Assembly: GCA_965649825.1 (NCBI GenBank)
Contig: OZ287716.1
Location: forward strand, 1-64,000
Length of the DNA: 64,000 bases
Direction: 5' to 3'
From: Penicillus capitatus
Lineage: Eukaryota > Plantae > Chlorophyta
Shown: positions 1 to 13,465 of the stretch, piece after piece
How positions within the stretch are numbered: position 1 is the stretch's first letter
Layout: the number at the start of each line of letters is the position of its first letter
Translations under genes and position numbers: made by a program
The notes under the pieces: model-generated
The model's database searches: none
The model's input: only the letters and a program-made list of their open reading frames with translations
Told to the model about the DNA's origin: nothing

Positions 1-2890
1 GAGAGAGGCCGTCGTGGGCACCTAGCCCTATGTCTGGCGGCCAGTGGAGGCCGTCGTGGGCACCTAGCCCTCAGTCTGGCGGCCGCTGGAATCCGCCGTG
101 GGCACCTGCTCGACATCTGGCGGCCGAGAGAGGCCGTCAGCCATGACCTATCCACAGTTGGCGGCCGAGAGAAGCCGTCGTGGGCACCCTGCCCTATGTC
201 TGGCGGCCAGTGGAGGCCGCCGGCCATGACCTATCCACATCTGGCGGCCGAGAGAAGCCGTCGTGGGCACCTCCTAGCCCTATTGTCTGGCGGCCAGTGG
301 AGGCCGCCAGCGATGACCTGTCGACATCTGGCGGCTGAGAGAAGCCGTCGTGGGCACCTCCTAGCCCTATTGTCTGGCGGCCAGGGGAGGCCGCCAGCCA
401 TGACCTATCCACATCTGGCGGCCAGGGGAGGCCGCCAGCCATGACCTATCCACATCTGGCGGCCAGTGGAGGCCGTTAGAAATGATCATCCCGACGTCTG
501 GCGGCCGTGAGAGGCCATCGTAGGCTGGTGGCCCTTTTGACTGGCGGCCGAGAGAGGCCGTCGTGGGCACCTAGCCCTCAGCCTGGCGGCCGAGAGAGGC
601 CGTCAGCGAAGATCTCTGCCCGACGTTTGGCGGCCGAGAGAGGCCGTCGTGGGCACCTAGCCCTCAGTCTGGCGGCCGCTGGAATCCGCCGTGGGCACCT
701 GCTCGACATCTGGCGGCCGAGAGAGGCCGTCAGCCATGACCTATCCACAGTTGGCGGCCGAGAGAAGCCGTCGTGGGCACCCTGCCCTATGTCTGGCGGC
801 CAGTGGAGGCCGCCGGCCATGACCTATCCACATCTGGCGGCCGAGAGAAGCCGTCGTGGGCACTCTGCCCTATGTCTGGCGGCCAGTGGAGGCCGCCAGA
901 AATGATCATCCCGACATCTGGCGGCTGCTGGAGAAGCCGTCGTGGGCACTCAGCCCTATGTCTGGCGGCCAGTGGAGGCCGTCAGCGATCATCTTCTCGA
1001 CGTCTGGCGGCCAAGAGAGGCCGCCGTGGGCACTCAGCCCTATGTCTGACGGCCAGTGGAGGCCGTCAGCGATGATCTGGCTGACGACTGGCGGCCAGTG
1101 GAGGCCGTCAGCGATCATCTTCTCGACGACTGGCGGCCAAGAGAGGCCGCCGTGGGCGCCTAGCCCTTTCTCTGGCGGCCGAGAGAGGCCCTCGACGATG
1201 TCCTGCCCACATCTGGCGGCTGCTGGAGAAGCCGTCGTGGGCACTCAGCCCTATGTCTGGCGGCCAGTGGAGGCCGTCAGCGATCATCTTCTCGATGTCT
1301 GGCGGCCAGTGGAGGCCGTCAGCCATGTCCTGCCCACATCTGGCGGCCAAGAGAGGCCGTCGTGGGCGCCTAGCCCTATGTCTGGCGGCCAGTGGAGGCC
1401 GTCAGCCATGTCCTGCCCACATCTGGCGGCTGCTGGAGAAGCCGTCGTGGGTACTCAGCCTTATGTCTGGCGGCCAGTGGAGGCCGTCAGCGATCATCTT
1501 CTCGACGTCTGGCGGCCAAGAGAGGCCGTCGGCGATGATCTGTCGACATCTGGCGGCCCAGACAAGCCGCTGTGGGCACTCAGCCCTATGTCTGACGGCC
1601 AGTGGAGGCCGTCAGCGATCATCTTCTCGATGTCTGGCGGCCAGTGGAGGCCGCCGGCCATGACCTATCCACATCTGGCGGCCGAGAGAAGCCGTCGTGG
1701 GCACTCTGCCCTATGTCTGGCGGCCAGTGGAGGCCGCCAGAAATGATCATCCCGACATCTGGCGGCTGCTGGAGAAGCCGTCGTGGGTACTCAGCCTTAT
1801 GTCTGGCGGCCAGTGGAGGCCGTCAGCGATCATCTTCTCGACGACTGGCGGCCGAGAGAGGCCGTCGGCGATGATCTGTCGACATCTGGCGGCCCAGACA
1901 AGCCGCCGTGGGCGCTTAGCCTTCAGTCTGGCGGCCAAGAGAGGCCGTCGTCATTTCCCTTCCTGCTTGCCGGCGGCCAGTGGAGGCCGTCGTCATTTCC
2001 CTTCCCGCTTTCTGGCAGCCAGTGGAGGCCGTCGAAGATGATCTGCCGACATCTGGCGGCCCAGACAAGCCGCCGTGGGCGCTTAGCCCTCAGTCTGGCG
2101 GCCAAGAGAGGCCGTCGTCATTTCCCTTCCCGCTTGCTGGCGGCCAGTGGAGGCCGTCGGCGATGATCTGCCGACATCTGGCGGCCCAGACAAGCCGCCG
2201 TGGGCGCTTAGCCCTCAGTCTGGCGGCTATTGGAGGCCATCGTCATTTCCTTTCCCGCTTGCCGGCGGCCAGTGGAGGCCGTCGGCGATGATCTGCCGAC
2301 TTCTGGCGGCCCAGACAAGCCGCCGTGGGCGCTTAGCCTTCAGTCTGGCGGCCAAGAGAGGCCGTCGTCATTTCCCTTCCCGCTTGCTGGCGGCCAGTGG
2401 AGGCCGTCGGCGATGATCTGCCGACATCTGGCGGCCCAGACAAGCCGCCGTGGGCGCTTAGCCCTCAGTCTGGCGGCTATTGGAGGCCGTCGTCATTTCC
2501 TTTCCCGCTTGCCGGCGGCCAGTGGAGGCCGTCGGCGATGATCTGCCGACTTCTGGCGGCCCAGACAAGCCGCCGTGGGCGCTTAGCCTTCAGTCTGGCG
2601 GCCAAGAGAGGCCGTCGTCATTTCCCTTCCCGCTTTCTGGCAGCCAGTGGAGGCCGTCGGCGATGATCTGCCGACTTCTGGCGGCCCAGACAAGCCGCCG
2701 TGGGCGCTTACCCCTCAGTCTGGTGGCTATTGGAGGCCATCGTCATTTCCCTTCCTGCTTGCCGGCGGCCAGTGGAGGCTGTCGGCGATGATCTGCCTCT
2801 TTGCTGGCGGCCAAGAGAGGCCGTCGTGGGCGCCTAGCCCGATGTCTGGCGGCCGAGAGAGTGCGTCATGGATTTTCTACTCGATGTCTG
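1..2890. repeat. GC-rich tandem satellite, 41-46 bp units, with higher-order repeats; continues beyond the window start
   Basis: Recurrent core TCTGGCGGCC-N6-(G/A)GCCGYC followed by an 18-23 nt linker. A 250-bp period is visible at about 1900-2790 (2161 matches 2411). Longer duplications occur at offsets of about 593 and 841. The array decays at about 2860-2890. Confidence 0.95.
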
Positions 2891-3349
2891 GCTGTCCCGG
2901 ATAATATACGTCATTCTGTTTCTGTCGTTGCAAGAAAGCCTTTTTTCTTTACCGAAAGATTCGTTTCAGAGGTCACCTCTTCTGAGGAAAGGCCCGTGTA
3001 CTGTCGCCTTGAAGGCTTTCTGTATTAAGGAGATGCTGGTTAATCGTTTAGTGACATGAAGAGAGCGTGTCCTTTCCTTCCTTCGTTCTTTGGATCTCTG
3101 ACCTTTCTGTCGTTCTATATCTGGTCGGCTTTGAAGATACTGCACTTGTAAAGAGTCTTTCGTGCTGATTCGCGTCGAAATACAACAAAGAAATCTGGAA
3201 AGGGTGTTGACTTTTACAACAAGTGTACGGTGTAATGTGTGCGATTCCAACGTTCAATACATATGTGCCGGCTTTCGTATGCAAACAGTCAGAAACACAG
3301 CGTCAGAATGGACAAGGTATATCGACCTGATGAAGAACAGTTCGCAACA

Positions 3350-4278
3350 TTAGGAGCAACTTCGCAGTCTTAGAAAATGCAGGAGATGGCTGTCGTAGAC
3401 TGTGCTAACTGAAAGAACGCTCGCACATCCAGACATCGATGAATAGGAACTCGATGCGCACGACAACCGAATGCAGTTCTTAATTTCAGTCTGGACATGA
3501 ATCTCGGCGTCAGCATCTTTCGGAAAATCTGACAGACGGCAACAAAGCATATCAAGGGGGGCAGTAATTGCCGCTGAATGGAGAAGCAAGATGAAAACTG
3601 ATGAGCGAACCGGCATATATCTCAGCAATCGAATCAAAGGCGATAGATAACATGATGACTCAGTGAGGTGAGCATCACAGATCCGTTATGCATTGGCCGA
3701 TGCGGAGATGCCTACCTTCTCGGTGCCAATCTCCTCTATGATCTCCTCCGTTCGCGTGTCCCTCTCTCGCTCCGTATCCGAGACGCAGACGGGTTGTTCA
3801 TCCTTTTGCTCAGTGGTCATCGGCGATGCGGTTCCAGATTTGTGAGTAACGGCGAGAGAGCAGTAAACAGCCTTCGGTTTTGCAGATGGCTGAGCGTTTG
3901 GTTCTTGTCTCGGCAGCAGGAATCCTTTCTTTAGTCCCTTCTTGTTTTTAGCTTTAGCTATCGGGGACACGAACTCCTCTGTCAAAGCACCTGGCTGTCA
4001 TTGTGGGGGTACCTTGCCGAGATTCGGCTTCGGCCTCTTTCTCGAGTCTCTCCAGCGATTCCAGCATCGATTCAATTTCATCATCTGTCATGTCACTCTT
4101 CATCTCTGAAGGCTCAAGGCAATCCCACAGAAGAGAGGAGGGACCTAAATGGACGAGACAGCTGTCGTGTGCATACCCACCCATCGTGACAGGCTTTGAT
4201 ATTCTGTTCAAGTTGTGCTCGCAGGTTCACCAGGCGCTGTAATGTTCGGTCGATCTCTTGATCGATCGAGTCAAGCAT
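3350..4278 (-). CDS. Uncharacterised multi-exon protein with coiled-coil and acidic segments; exon structure and 3' end unresolved
   Basis: ATG at 4278 opens MLDSIDQEIDRTLQRLVNLRAQLEQNIK. Protein-like segments follow (MTDDEIESMLESLERLEKEAEAESRQ; KNKKGLKKGFLLPRQ) with GT donors at about 4010 and 3715. I could not join all exons unambiguously. Confidence 0.35.
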
Positions 4279-4551
4279 GAGCCTTCACAGGATCCTCTTG
4301 CACAATTGCTACGAATCGCGTGATGCGCCTCGCTCCTGTTGTGTTCGCTAGGATGACGCGATTGCAGAACGACTGGAATCGACAGACGGACAGTTGCGAA
4401 TTGATGCGAGACCAAACTTTGCGATGTGGCGGAGAGGTCGCGGCTGGTGCGATCCAAGCAACCACAATTAACGAGAGAGTTAAACATAGAAACATGGCAT
4501 TTCTGTATCTCGCACTTTTGACACTGACGGACACCTTTGTCACTCTTTTCT

Positions 4552-6854
<2,303 letters not shown>

Positions 6855-6880
6855 CGCGACCTTTGAATGTGGTGTGCGTA

Positions 6881-7468
6881 ATGTCGGCGATGATGAGCCA
6901 CAATGTCCGCATACGGGTTGCCCTGCGTCCATCATTGTTGCGATGCCGAGGAGAACGGGGCGAAGCCCACGCGCGTTCCGCCTGCACCCATCAACGCCTC
7001 CTTTCCACCTTCCTCGCTTTCCGTCAGCCTATTGCAGCGAAGACAACGTACTCTATCGCCCTACGAGATTTCACGCACGTCGCAATTTTGGGCTACGAAT
7101 GCGGCCTCACTGAAGCCTCTTTCCAACAGTACTTAAGAGAGGAGGATAGATCGGCGTTGGAGGGAAAGGAGTGTCTCGAACTCGTTTGCCTTATTTGGAT
7201 TACACTTTTGCTCTCACATCAATCGAGGACGCGATGGTCGATGAGTGATCCGGTGTCTATCGAGACATTGAAGCGATGTCGGGGATTCGTGGAACTGATG
7301 GTGATTTCGTATTTCGATAAAGGAATGGTATGGATTCCTATCGAGCGACTGCAATTGGAGCAAAGGGCGATCGATGGGAGTTCAGAATCGACAGAACGGG
7401 TGGCGGAGAAGGCAAGGATTGTGTTTACGACCTTGGAAACAGTGGCGCCTCAATTTCCTTCGATGTAA
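6881..7468 (+). CDS. Conserved-looking plant/algal hypothetical protein, probably plastid-targeted
   Basis: Uninterrupted ORF with a transit-like N-terminus. The C-terminus GFVELMVISYFDKGMVWIPIERLQLEQ...RIVFTTLETVAPQFP resembles a plant uncharacterised family (recalled, not searched). The stop codon lies within TGTAA. Confidence 0.6.
   Translation: MSAMMSHNVRIRVALRPSLLRCRGERGEAHARSACTHQRLLSTFLAFRQPIAAKTTYSIALRDFTHVAILGYECGLTEASFQQYLREEDRSALEGKECLELVCLIWITLLLSHQSRTRWSMSDPVSIETLKRCRGFVELMVISYFDKGMVWIPIERLQLEQRAIDGSSESTERVAEKARIVFTTLETVAPQFPSM
7464..7468 (+). terminator. Putative TGTAA (UGUAA) poly(A) signal overlapping the stop codon
   Basis: ATG-TAA end of the 6881 gene. UGUAA is the established chlorophyte near-upstream element. 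Confidence 0.5.
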
Positions 7469-7603
7469 ACGGTGCGCGCACCGGCTGTCTATGTCCGTTA
7501 AGCACGACATTGAGCTCATCATACGCCGGTCCACGTCGCGCATTTTTCTTCGTGTTTGTACGTGTTCTTTATTGAACTCAATTCACCTCCGCGCCGAGTT
7601 GAA

Positions 7604-8806
7604 ATGTCTGACGACGGACCTCCAACGACGCCGGGTTTGCCACCGGACTTTGCGGCAGGCGGTCATCTTGGCGGTCTTCTAAATGTCGGTTCTCGACGCT
7701 ACCCCAAAACGGAGGCTGACACGGATGATGTAGGATCCCGCAATTCTCCAGTTGGCGCAAGAACTTCAACGCGACCCCGCATTTCAAGAGATGCAACAGG
7801 TTTTGCAACAGAGCTTTCCTTCGATGGTGCCAGGCGCGACGAACGAAAACGGATCGGGTCCCTCGCCGGACGGCGGTGGCTTACCCATGGGAGGCGCAGA
7901 GGCCCAACCCGAGAAGGCGTTTGCTGCGATGCAGCAGCTTTATCAGAATCCACAGTTTCTGCAGATGGCAGAAAAGATTGGACAGACGATGTTGGAACAG
8001 AACCCCCTCATGCGTGCCATGTTAGATCCCGAAAGGCGCGATGCGATGCAAGGAAAGTTCGAGGAATTGAAAAAGGATCCAGAATTGGCATCCGTTATGG
8101 AAGAGCTCGAAACAGGAGATCCCCAGGCCATGATGAAGTGTGATAAGACATTGAGATGATAAGTGTGAGAGATGCGCATCGTGTAGGTATTGGAACAATC
8201 CTGCCGTCCTCAAGAAATTCAGCGAAGCCGTCCAGGATGTTCTGGGCGACGAGAATCTTGCGGCGGCGGCTGACGGAGCACAGGAAGAGGAGGAAGAGCT
8301 GACGCCTTCCATGCAGCTCTATGCCGGTGAAGGTACATATCCATTCTATCTCTGTTTGTTTGTGCAGTTCGATGGTTGTCAAGGAAACGTCGATGGTCTA
8401 AAGGAACTCCTGAAGCAAGGTGTCGATATCGATGATAAAGATGAAGAAGGCCGCACTGGATTTCAGTTTGCCTGTGGGTATGGCGAAATCGACTGCATTA
8501 AATTCTTTCTTGAGAATGGAGCAGACATCAACTGTGCAGACAACAACAAAAACACAGCCATGCATTATGCAGCAGGTTACGGCCAACAAGAAGCTGTCAA
8601 GCTTCTTTTGGACAGGTCATTGATTCTGTCATGCTGTCTTGTTTTGCTCACACTTTTGTGTTGATAGAAAGTGTGACCTGTCTCTGAAGAATGACGATGG
8701 CAATACGGCGAAAGAAGTGGCGGAATTGAATGAGAAGGCAGAAATTGTAAAGATGTTGGAAGAGGGCATGACTCGCCAAGGAATGGAGAAACTGAGCGTC
8801 TCTTGA
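7604..8806 (+). CDS. AKR2: AKR2-like ankyrin-repeat chaperone (STI1/DP-like N-terminal region plus ankyrin repeats)
   Basis: Spliced LN|DPAILQLAQELQRDPAF and DPELASVMEELETGDPQAMMK. Ankyrin repeats EGRTGFQFACGYGE and NKNTAMHYAAGYG. Stop TGA at 8804-8806. Confidence 0.85.
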
Positions 8807-8992
8807 GAACGCTTTTACTGTCCATGTCCCCTTTAACGATTTCTCCTTGTTGTTTGAGTGTTTTTGTTTGATCACCACAGAAACGGACATGGCATTCAAC
8901 AACAGATTCAAAGATTCAGAATATCCGTGGTGCTGATTACGGTCTTTAAGGATTGTTTTGAAACTTAACATATCTATCTCCCGTTCTTCCCC

Positions 8993-9875
8993 TCACAAAT
9001 GAAAAGAATGCACGATGGTCTTGAGCTTCGACGATGCCTTTCTCCATTGCCGACTGTTGGCAGTGATGGAAATGAGGAATGCACGATTGCCAGAAGCTGT
9101 CGCCGTCACCAATCGATATGGCTTAATCTCCCTACACAATGCGTGCGTCGTATCCATGTCTTACGGAGAGAGAAGTGATGTGACCAAGTGTAGTAAAGAA
9201 TACCATCTCTCTCGATAACCTCTGTCGTCAGAACATCGCCCTCTTCCAAAGGACTTCCGAAGAGTTCCGGAGCGAAGCCTTCGATCACTTTCTGCGGAGA
9301 ACCGATGTCGTCGATATGGACATCGGCATTGAACCCCACATCCAGAAATCTCAGAATGGGTGCCACGACGACCTCTAAACTTCCTTCTGCTTCATTGCCG
9401 AAGCGGAGATCAATCTAAACACAATCGCCATCGATGTAGCAGTCCATAGATCTCGCAGGTGGACCTCGGTCCCGCCGAGATCGGCGATAGAGACAGGGAT
9501 CTCATTCCAACCCTCCGGGACAGAGAAGGAATAGGGCGAAATCTCAGTCCATCCCACACCGTGACCACCCGATTTGCCAATCGGCCGTCGATACGTGTAG
9601 AACCCTTCACTATCTGGTTCCTCACTCAACCCTCGTCACACATTCGCGATGGATTCTGCGAGCTCGATATGTCTACCTGGAATCCGTCCAGCTGTGCTGC
9701 CCTGAATAGCCAAAGCCTTACGTGTTGGCACGACCAGTGGTGCCGCTGCCAGGAGCGACGTCCCCAACAGAACTTCGCGTCGTCCTGTTCTCCCAGTTGG
9801 CTGTTTTGGCGCAACCGCCGTTGTCGGTGTCACTCGACAACACATCCGCGACATGTCTTTCGCAGTCCGTAGCAT
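8993..9875 (-). CDS. PPD6: Thylakoid lumen PsbP-domain protein PPD6
   Basis: EEPDSEGFYTYRRPIGKSGGHGVGW...YSFSVPEGWNEIPVSIADLGGTEIDLRF matches plant PPD6. Twin-Arg TAT signal GRREVLLG...ALA. Confidence 0.9.
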
Positions 9876-9880
9876 TTACA
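9876..9880 (-). terminator. Putative TGTAA poly(A) signal of the syntaxin gene, abutting the PPD6 ATG
   Basis: The minus strand reads TAG-GACAGGAATGACG-TGTAA-ATG. Confidence 0.45.
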
Positions 9881-9893
9881 CGTCATTCCTGTC

Positions 9894-10919
9894 CTATGTC
9901 TTCGTAAAGATGATGTAGAGGAACACAATAAAGATCGCTACCATCAACCCCGCTATGCACAATAGACTGCGACTCTGTTTTTGACTCTTTTCGGCCTTGT
10001 TCAGTTCATTCACTGCTCCCTTCACATGTTCGTCCACTTGATCGATATTGTAATCAATTCGATCCAAGATGCTTCCCTGCTCGACGACCAGAACAGAGAG
10101 ATCCTTCATGATCTCTGCCAAGTCGGTAATCGTTTCCACAATTTTCTGAATCTCTTCGTCTCGTTGAGTCATATAAGACTGAGCCGCTTGCAATTGAGAG
10201 AGTTGTTGATTGCTGAATCCGACGTCGATGTCATCGGTCTGCTCCGAATCTTCGAGCAGTCCAAAATGCCCTCGCTCGTATCCCTTCTGCTCTTCCAGTC
10301 TGTTCAAGAAATGTGTCTCTTGTCGACGGAAATCCACAGAAATGCGATAGAGGGCTTGTGCCAGTTGCCGTTGGACTTGTGACACGATCTTTTCATTGTC
10401 TCGTGTCTGATTCCGTGTGATATCCTTAATCTCGCGATCGAGCTTGGACAGGAGATGCTTGAATTCTTGTGTAATCACATCCACCGTTTGCTGAGAGACA
10501 TCGTCTGTCTCGAACGATACCAGCAGCATCTTGCTGTGCCACCTGAGGGCCACAGAGAAGAACAGGTTCTCACTCTTGAGTGACCCTTTCTCAAATGCGA
10601 ACGAACGCACTCTTTGAGCGATGCCAGTTTTTCTTGTAGTACTCCCATTTCTGTGCGGATGCGTTCGGCTTGGAGCACCCAATCGGGAGACGTCGGTGAC
10701 AGTCTATCGAATCCCACTTCGACATCAGATGTCAATGCCGCGCCGACCAATCGTGCCGTTGCTCTAGAAGACAGAGACTTTGGCCTAGAGGCCACGCTCG
10801 TCCTTCTTCTATTCATACCGGTCTTCTGTTCGAGGTTGGACGCTTCTTCCTGCCCTTGCATGCTCTCTGAGTCGTTTGTAGTTCTCTGTCAGGTCCCGAG
10901 TTGCTCCAATCGTGCCCAT
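9894..10919 (-). CDS. SYP4: Qa-SNARE syntaxin of the SYP4/STX16/Tlg2 group
   Basis: N-peptide MGTIGATRDLTENYKRLRE. SNARE motif IQKIVETITDLAEIMKDLSVLVVEQGSILDRIDYN. C-terminal transmembrane anchor. Confidence 0.9.
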
Positions 10920-11071
10920 GTTGACAGTGCAATCGATGCAGCGTACTCCGTCACTTTAGTGATGCGGATAATGAAGTGCGTATTTGGACAATCGTCAGAC
11001 GAAGCGCAGAGCATTATTCTTCCGACCGACCGTCGTCTTCTGTCTCCGGTGTCGATTTTGTTTTACAACAG

Positions 11072-13394
11072 ATGAAGTGGTTTGGCGGTAACAGCGGAAA
11101 AGGACTGGCAGTTCCGGCGCTTCAGGGAAAGACGATAGATGTTGGAGAGCATCGACTGCGTGTAGAAGAACACTTGGGCGAAGGCGGATTCGCTGTTATT
11201 TATCGTGTTAAAGATGTCAAAACAGGACAGCTCTATGCACTCAAACACATCGTGATGCGCACGCCCGATGCCAAAGTGGCGCTGAGAGAGGAGGCTAAAA
11301 TTATGAAACGCGTTCAAGGACATCCTCATGTCATTTCCCTCTACTGTGTGGCCTTTGGTCCTGAAAAGGAGGATGAGCAAGATGCATTTATGCTGATGGA
11401 CTTGTGCGGCGAAAGCCTGTATGGCTACCTGCAAAAAAGAAACTTCGTTCTGCCAGATGCAGAGATACTGGACATCTTTCGCTGCGTTTGTATGGCAGTG
11501 CATCATTTGCATTCGCAGAAGCATCCAATCTGTCATCGGTAAGAGTGAAGATCGATACCAGCCGCCATTTGTCATCGGATGTGTTGCAGCGATATCAAGA
11601 TTGAAAATGTATTGAAGCATTTGAATGGAAATTGGGTTCTGTGCGACTTTGGCAGTGCAAAGCCGAAGAGCAAAACAAAAATTAATTCGCAGAATGCTCA
11701 ACACGAGCAACAAGAGATCAATAGGACGACGACCCCTGCCTATAGAGCTCCTGAAGTCACACCTTTCTCAGACTATAATTTCCAAATCGAAATCATGTTT
11801 GCTTTAGATGTGGGATGTCATGATGGGATTGCCGATCGATGAGCCGGCTGATGTCTGGGCCCTCGGTTGCATGTTGTACCTGCTCTGCTACGGGTCGTTG
11901 CCATTTACAGGAGAATCACAGTTAGAAGTGATGGCAGGGAAAGCAAACTTCCCTAGAACAAGAGATGCCTGCTTCGGTCGTACCATCGCCGCAATGCTGC
12001 ACGCAGAGCCAGTTAAGCGACCCAATATTCATTCTGTGCTTGCCATGATCGAAGACATGAAACAAGCACTGAAAGGAAACGGCCAGCTTACACGAAACTC
12101 CGTGGATCTGGAGCCGCGATCTCTCAGTGCAACAATGAAATCGGAGACGAAGTCAGTCACTCTGCCGAGTCAGAAGAAGCTCTCGTTGCACACGCAAGGA
12201 AGTCTGCCAAACTCATCCGTGCTGAAAGAAGCCGTTCAGAATTCTGCCAGGCAGTCGGGGACAGTACAGAGGCAGAAATCCTCACGGGCCAGCATTGATG
12301 CTTCGGCCGTCATGCCAGCCGTTCGATCGCAGGGAAACAGCAAATCTCCTAGTATCTCAGTGCAAAAGATAAAGGCAGTTACGACAGTAGAGGGTAAGAG
12401 TGTCCTCTTCTGGTATGCGTTGGTCGCGGATGCATTTTAGAGAATGGAGGTCGAAAACCAACGACACCTGTTGTCCCCAAGGTGCCCATTTCTCCAGCAC
12501 TTGCCGGGAACTGTCGATCGCAGGATAATGTTGCCTTTGTAACGGAAGACATGAACACGCTTAAGTGTGCATCGACCTGACGTGTATGGCGGATTGTTGA
12601 TCTGTGGATGATGCAGGAATTCTGTCGCCCATCTTAATGAACAGAATCAATTACTGTGGTCAAGGATGATCACTTTGGAAGGTATTGTTAAATCGCAGCA
12701 ACAAATTATTGCTGAGCTGCAAAGTCTGAAGCTACCGACACAAGTGACGACGGCCCATTGCTTCTTGTTAGCTGTATCCGAGCGTGTGATCTAGATGCCA
12801 CCTCCGCCCGTATCTGATGAGAATCCATGGAATGATCCCGTGGATTCCACGGCGATACCATCGCCGCCGGCGCCTTCACCGCCTTCCTTTGATTCGACAA
12901 CACCAAGTCTGACTTCTGGGAGCGATCGAAGCATGAAGCGGCCTTGCTGCAATGCAGGACGTTCTGAGAAGACGACCACAGCCACTGCAACAGCACCTCA
13001 ATCTCCAACGGTTTCGACAGCAGCTATACCTAAACAAGAATCTCCCCCCAAACCCTCAGAACCTTCCAGTACATATGCCGTTTTTTTGAAGTTTATTGAC
13101 TGAAGGCACTTTGTTGCCTGAATTGCAGATGTTCCGCCGGAATCAACGAAGACGCCTAAAGTGACGACCGGACGGTTTGCTGGTACTTTTTGGAAGAATA
13201 TTGCGGACCTCCCACGACCAACGCCCGTAACCATCTCAAAGAACTGTCCCCATGACCCATTGGATGCGTCTCAGGCTACTGAAGAAGGATCGAGCGAATC
13301 TATGGACAGCTCTGGTGATTATGAAAATCGACATAAACGTGTAGTCAGCGATCCTCCGCCACTAGAATCTTGGCATACAACTGGCAAGCTCTGA
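11072..13394 (+). CDS. NAK-family (AAK1/GAK/BIKE-like) Ser/Thr kinase with a low-complexity C-terminal tail
   Basis: LGEGGFAVIY, YALK, spliced HR|DIKIENVL, LCDFGSA, TTPAYRAPE and ADVWALGCMLY. Pro/Ser-rich tail. Confidence 0.9.
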
Positions 13395-13429
13395 GTCTTA
13401 TATTCTTTCCTTCATGTGGTCGAGATCCG

Positions 13430-13439
13430 TGTAATGTAA
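13430..13439 (+). terminator. Tandem TGTAA poly(A) signals downstream of the NAK kinase
   Basis: TGTAATGTAA 36 nt after the kinase stop. Confidence 0.55.
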
Positions 13440-13465
13440 TCCTCAGATGATAACTTCTGACCTTC

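Noticed and set aside
1-2890. CRISPR array (palindromic repeat plus spacers)
   Set aside because: The spacers come from about five recurring families rather than being unique, the repeats vary in their loops, no cas genes are present, and the context is a eukaryotic intron-rich genome.
194-2904. Many ORFs of up to 296 aa on both strands in the satellite
   Set aside because: These are by-products of a GC-rich repeat poor in stop codons. The same motifs appear in all frames and no splice or domain logic supports them.
11060-11075. Spliced-leader trans-splicing acceptor (TTTTACAACAG|ATG before NAK)
   Set aside because: It is a single case; other tightly packed downstream genes lack an AG before the ATG. 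A 5' UTR cis-intron explains it equally well.
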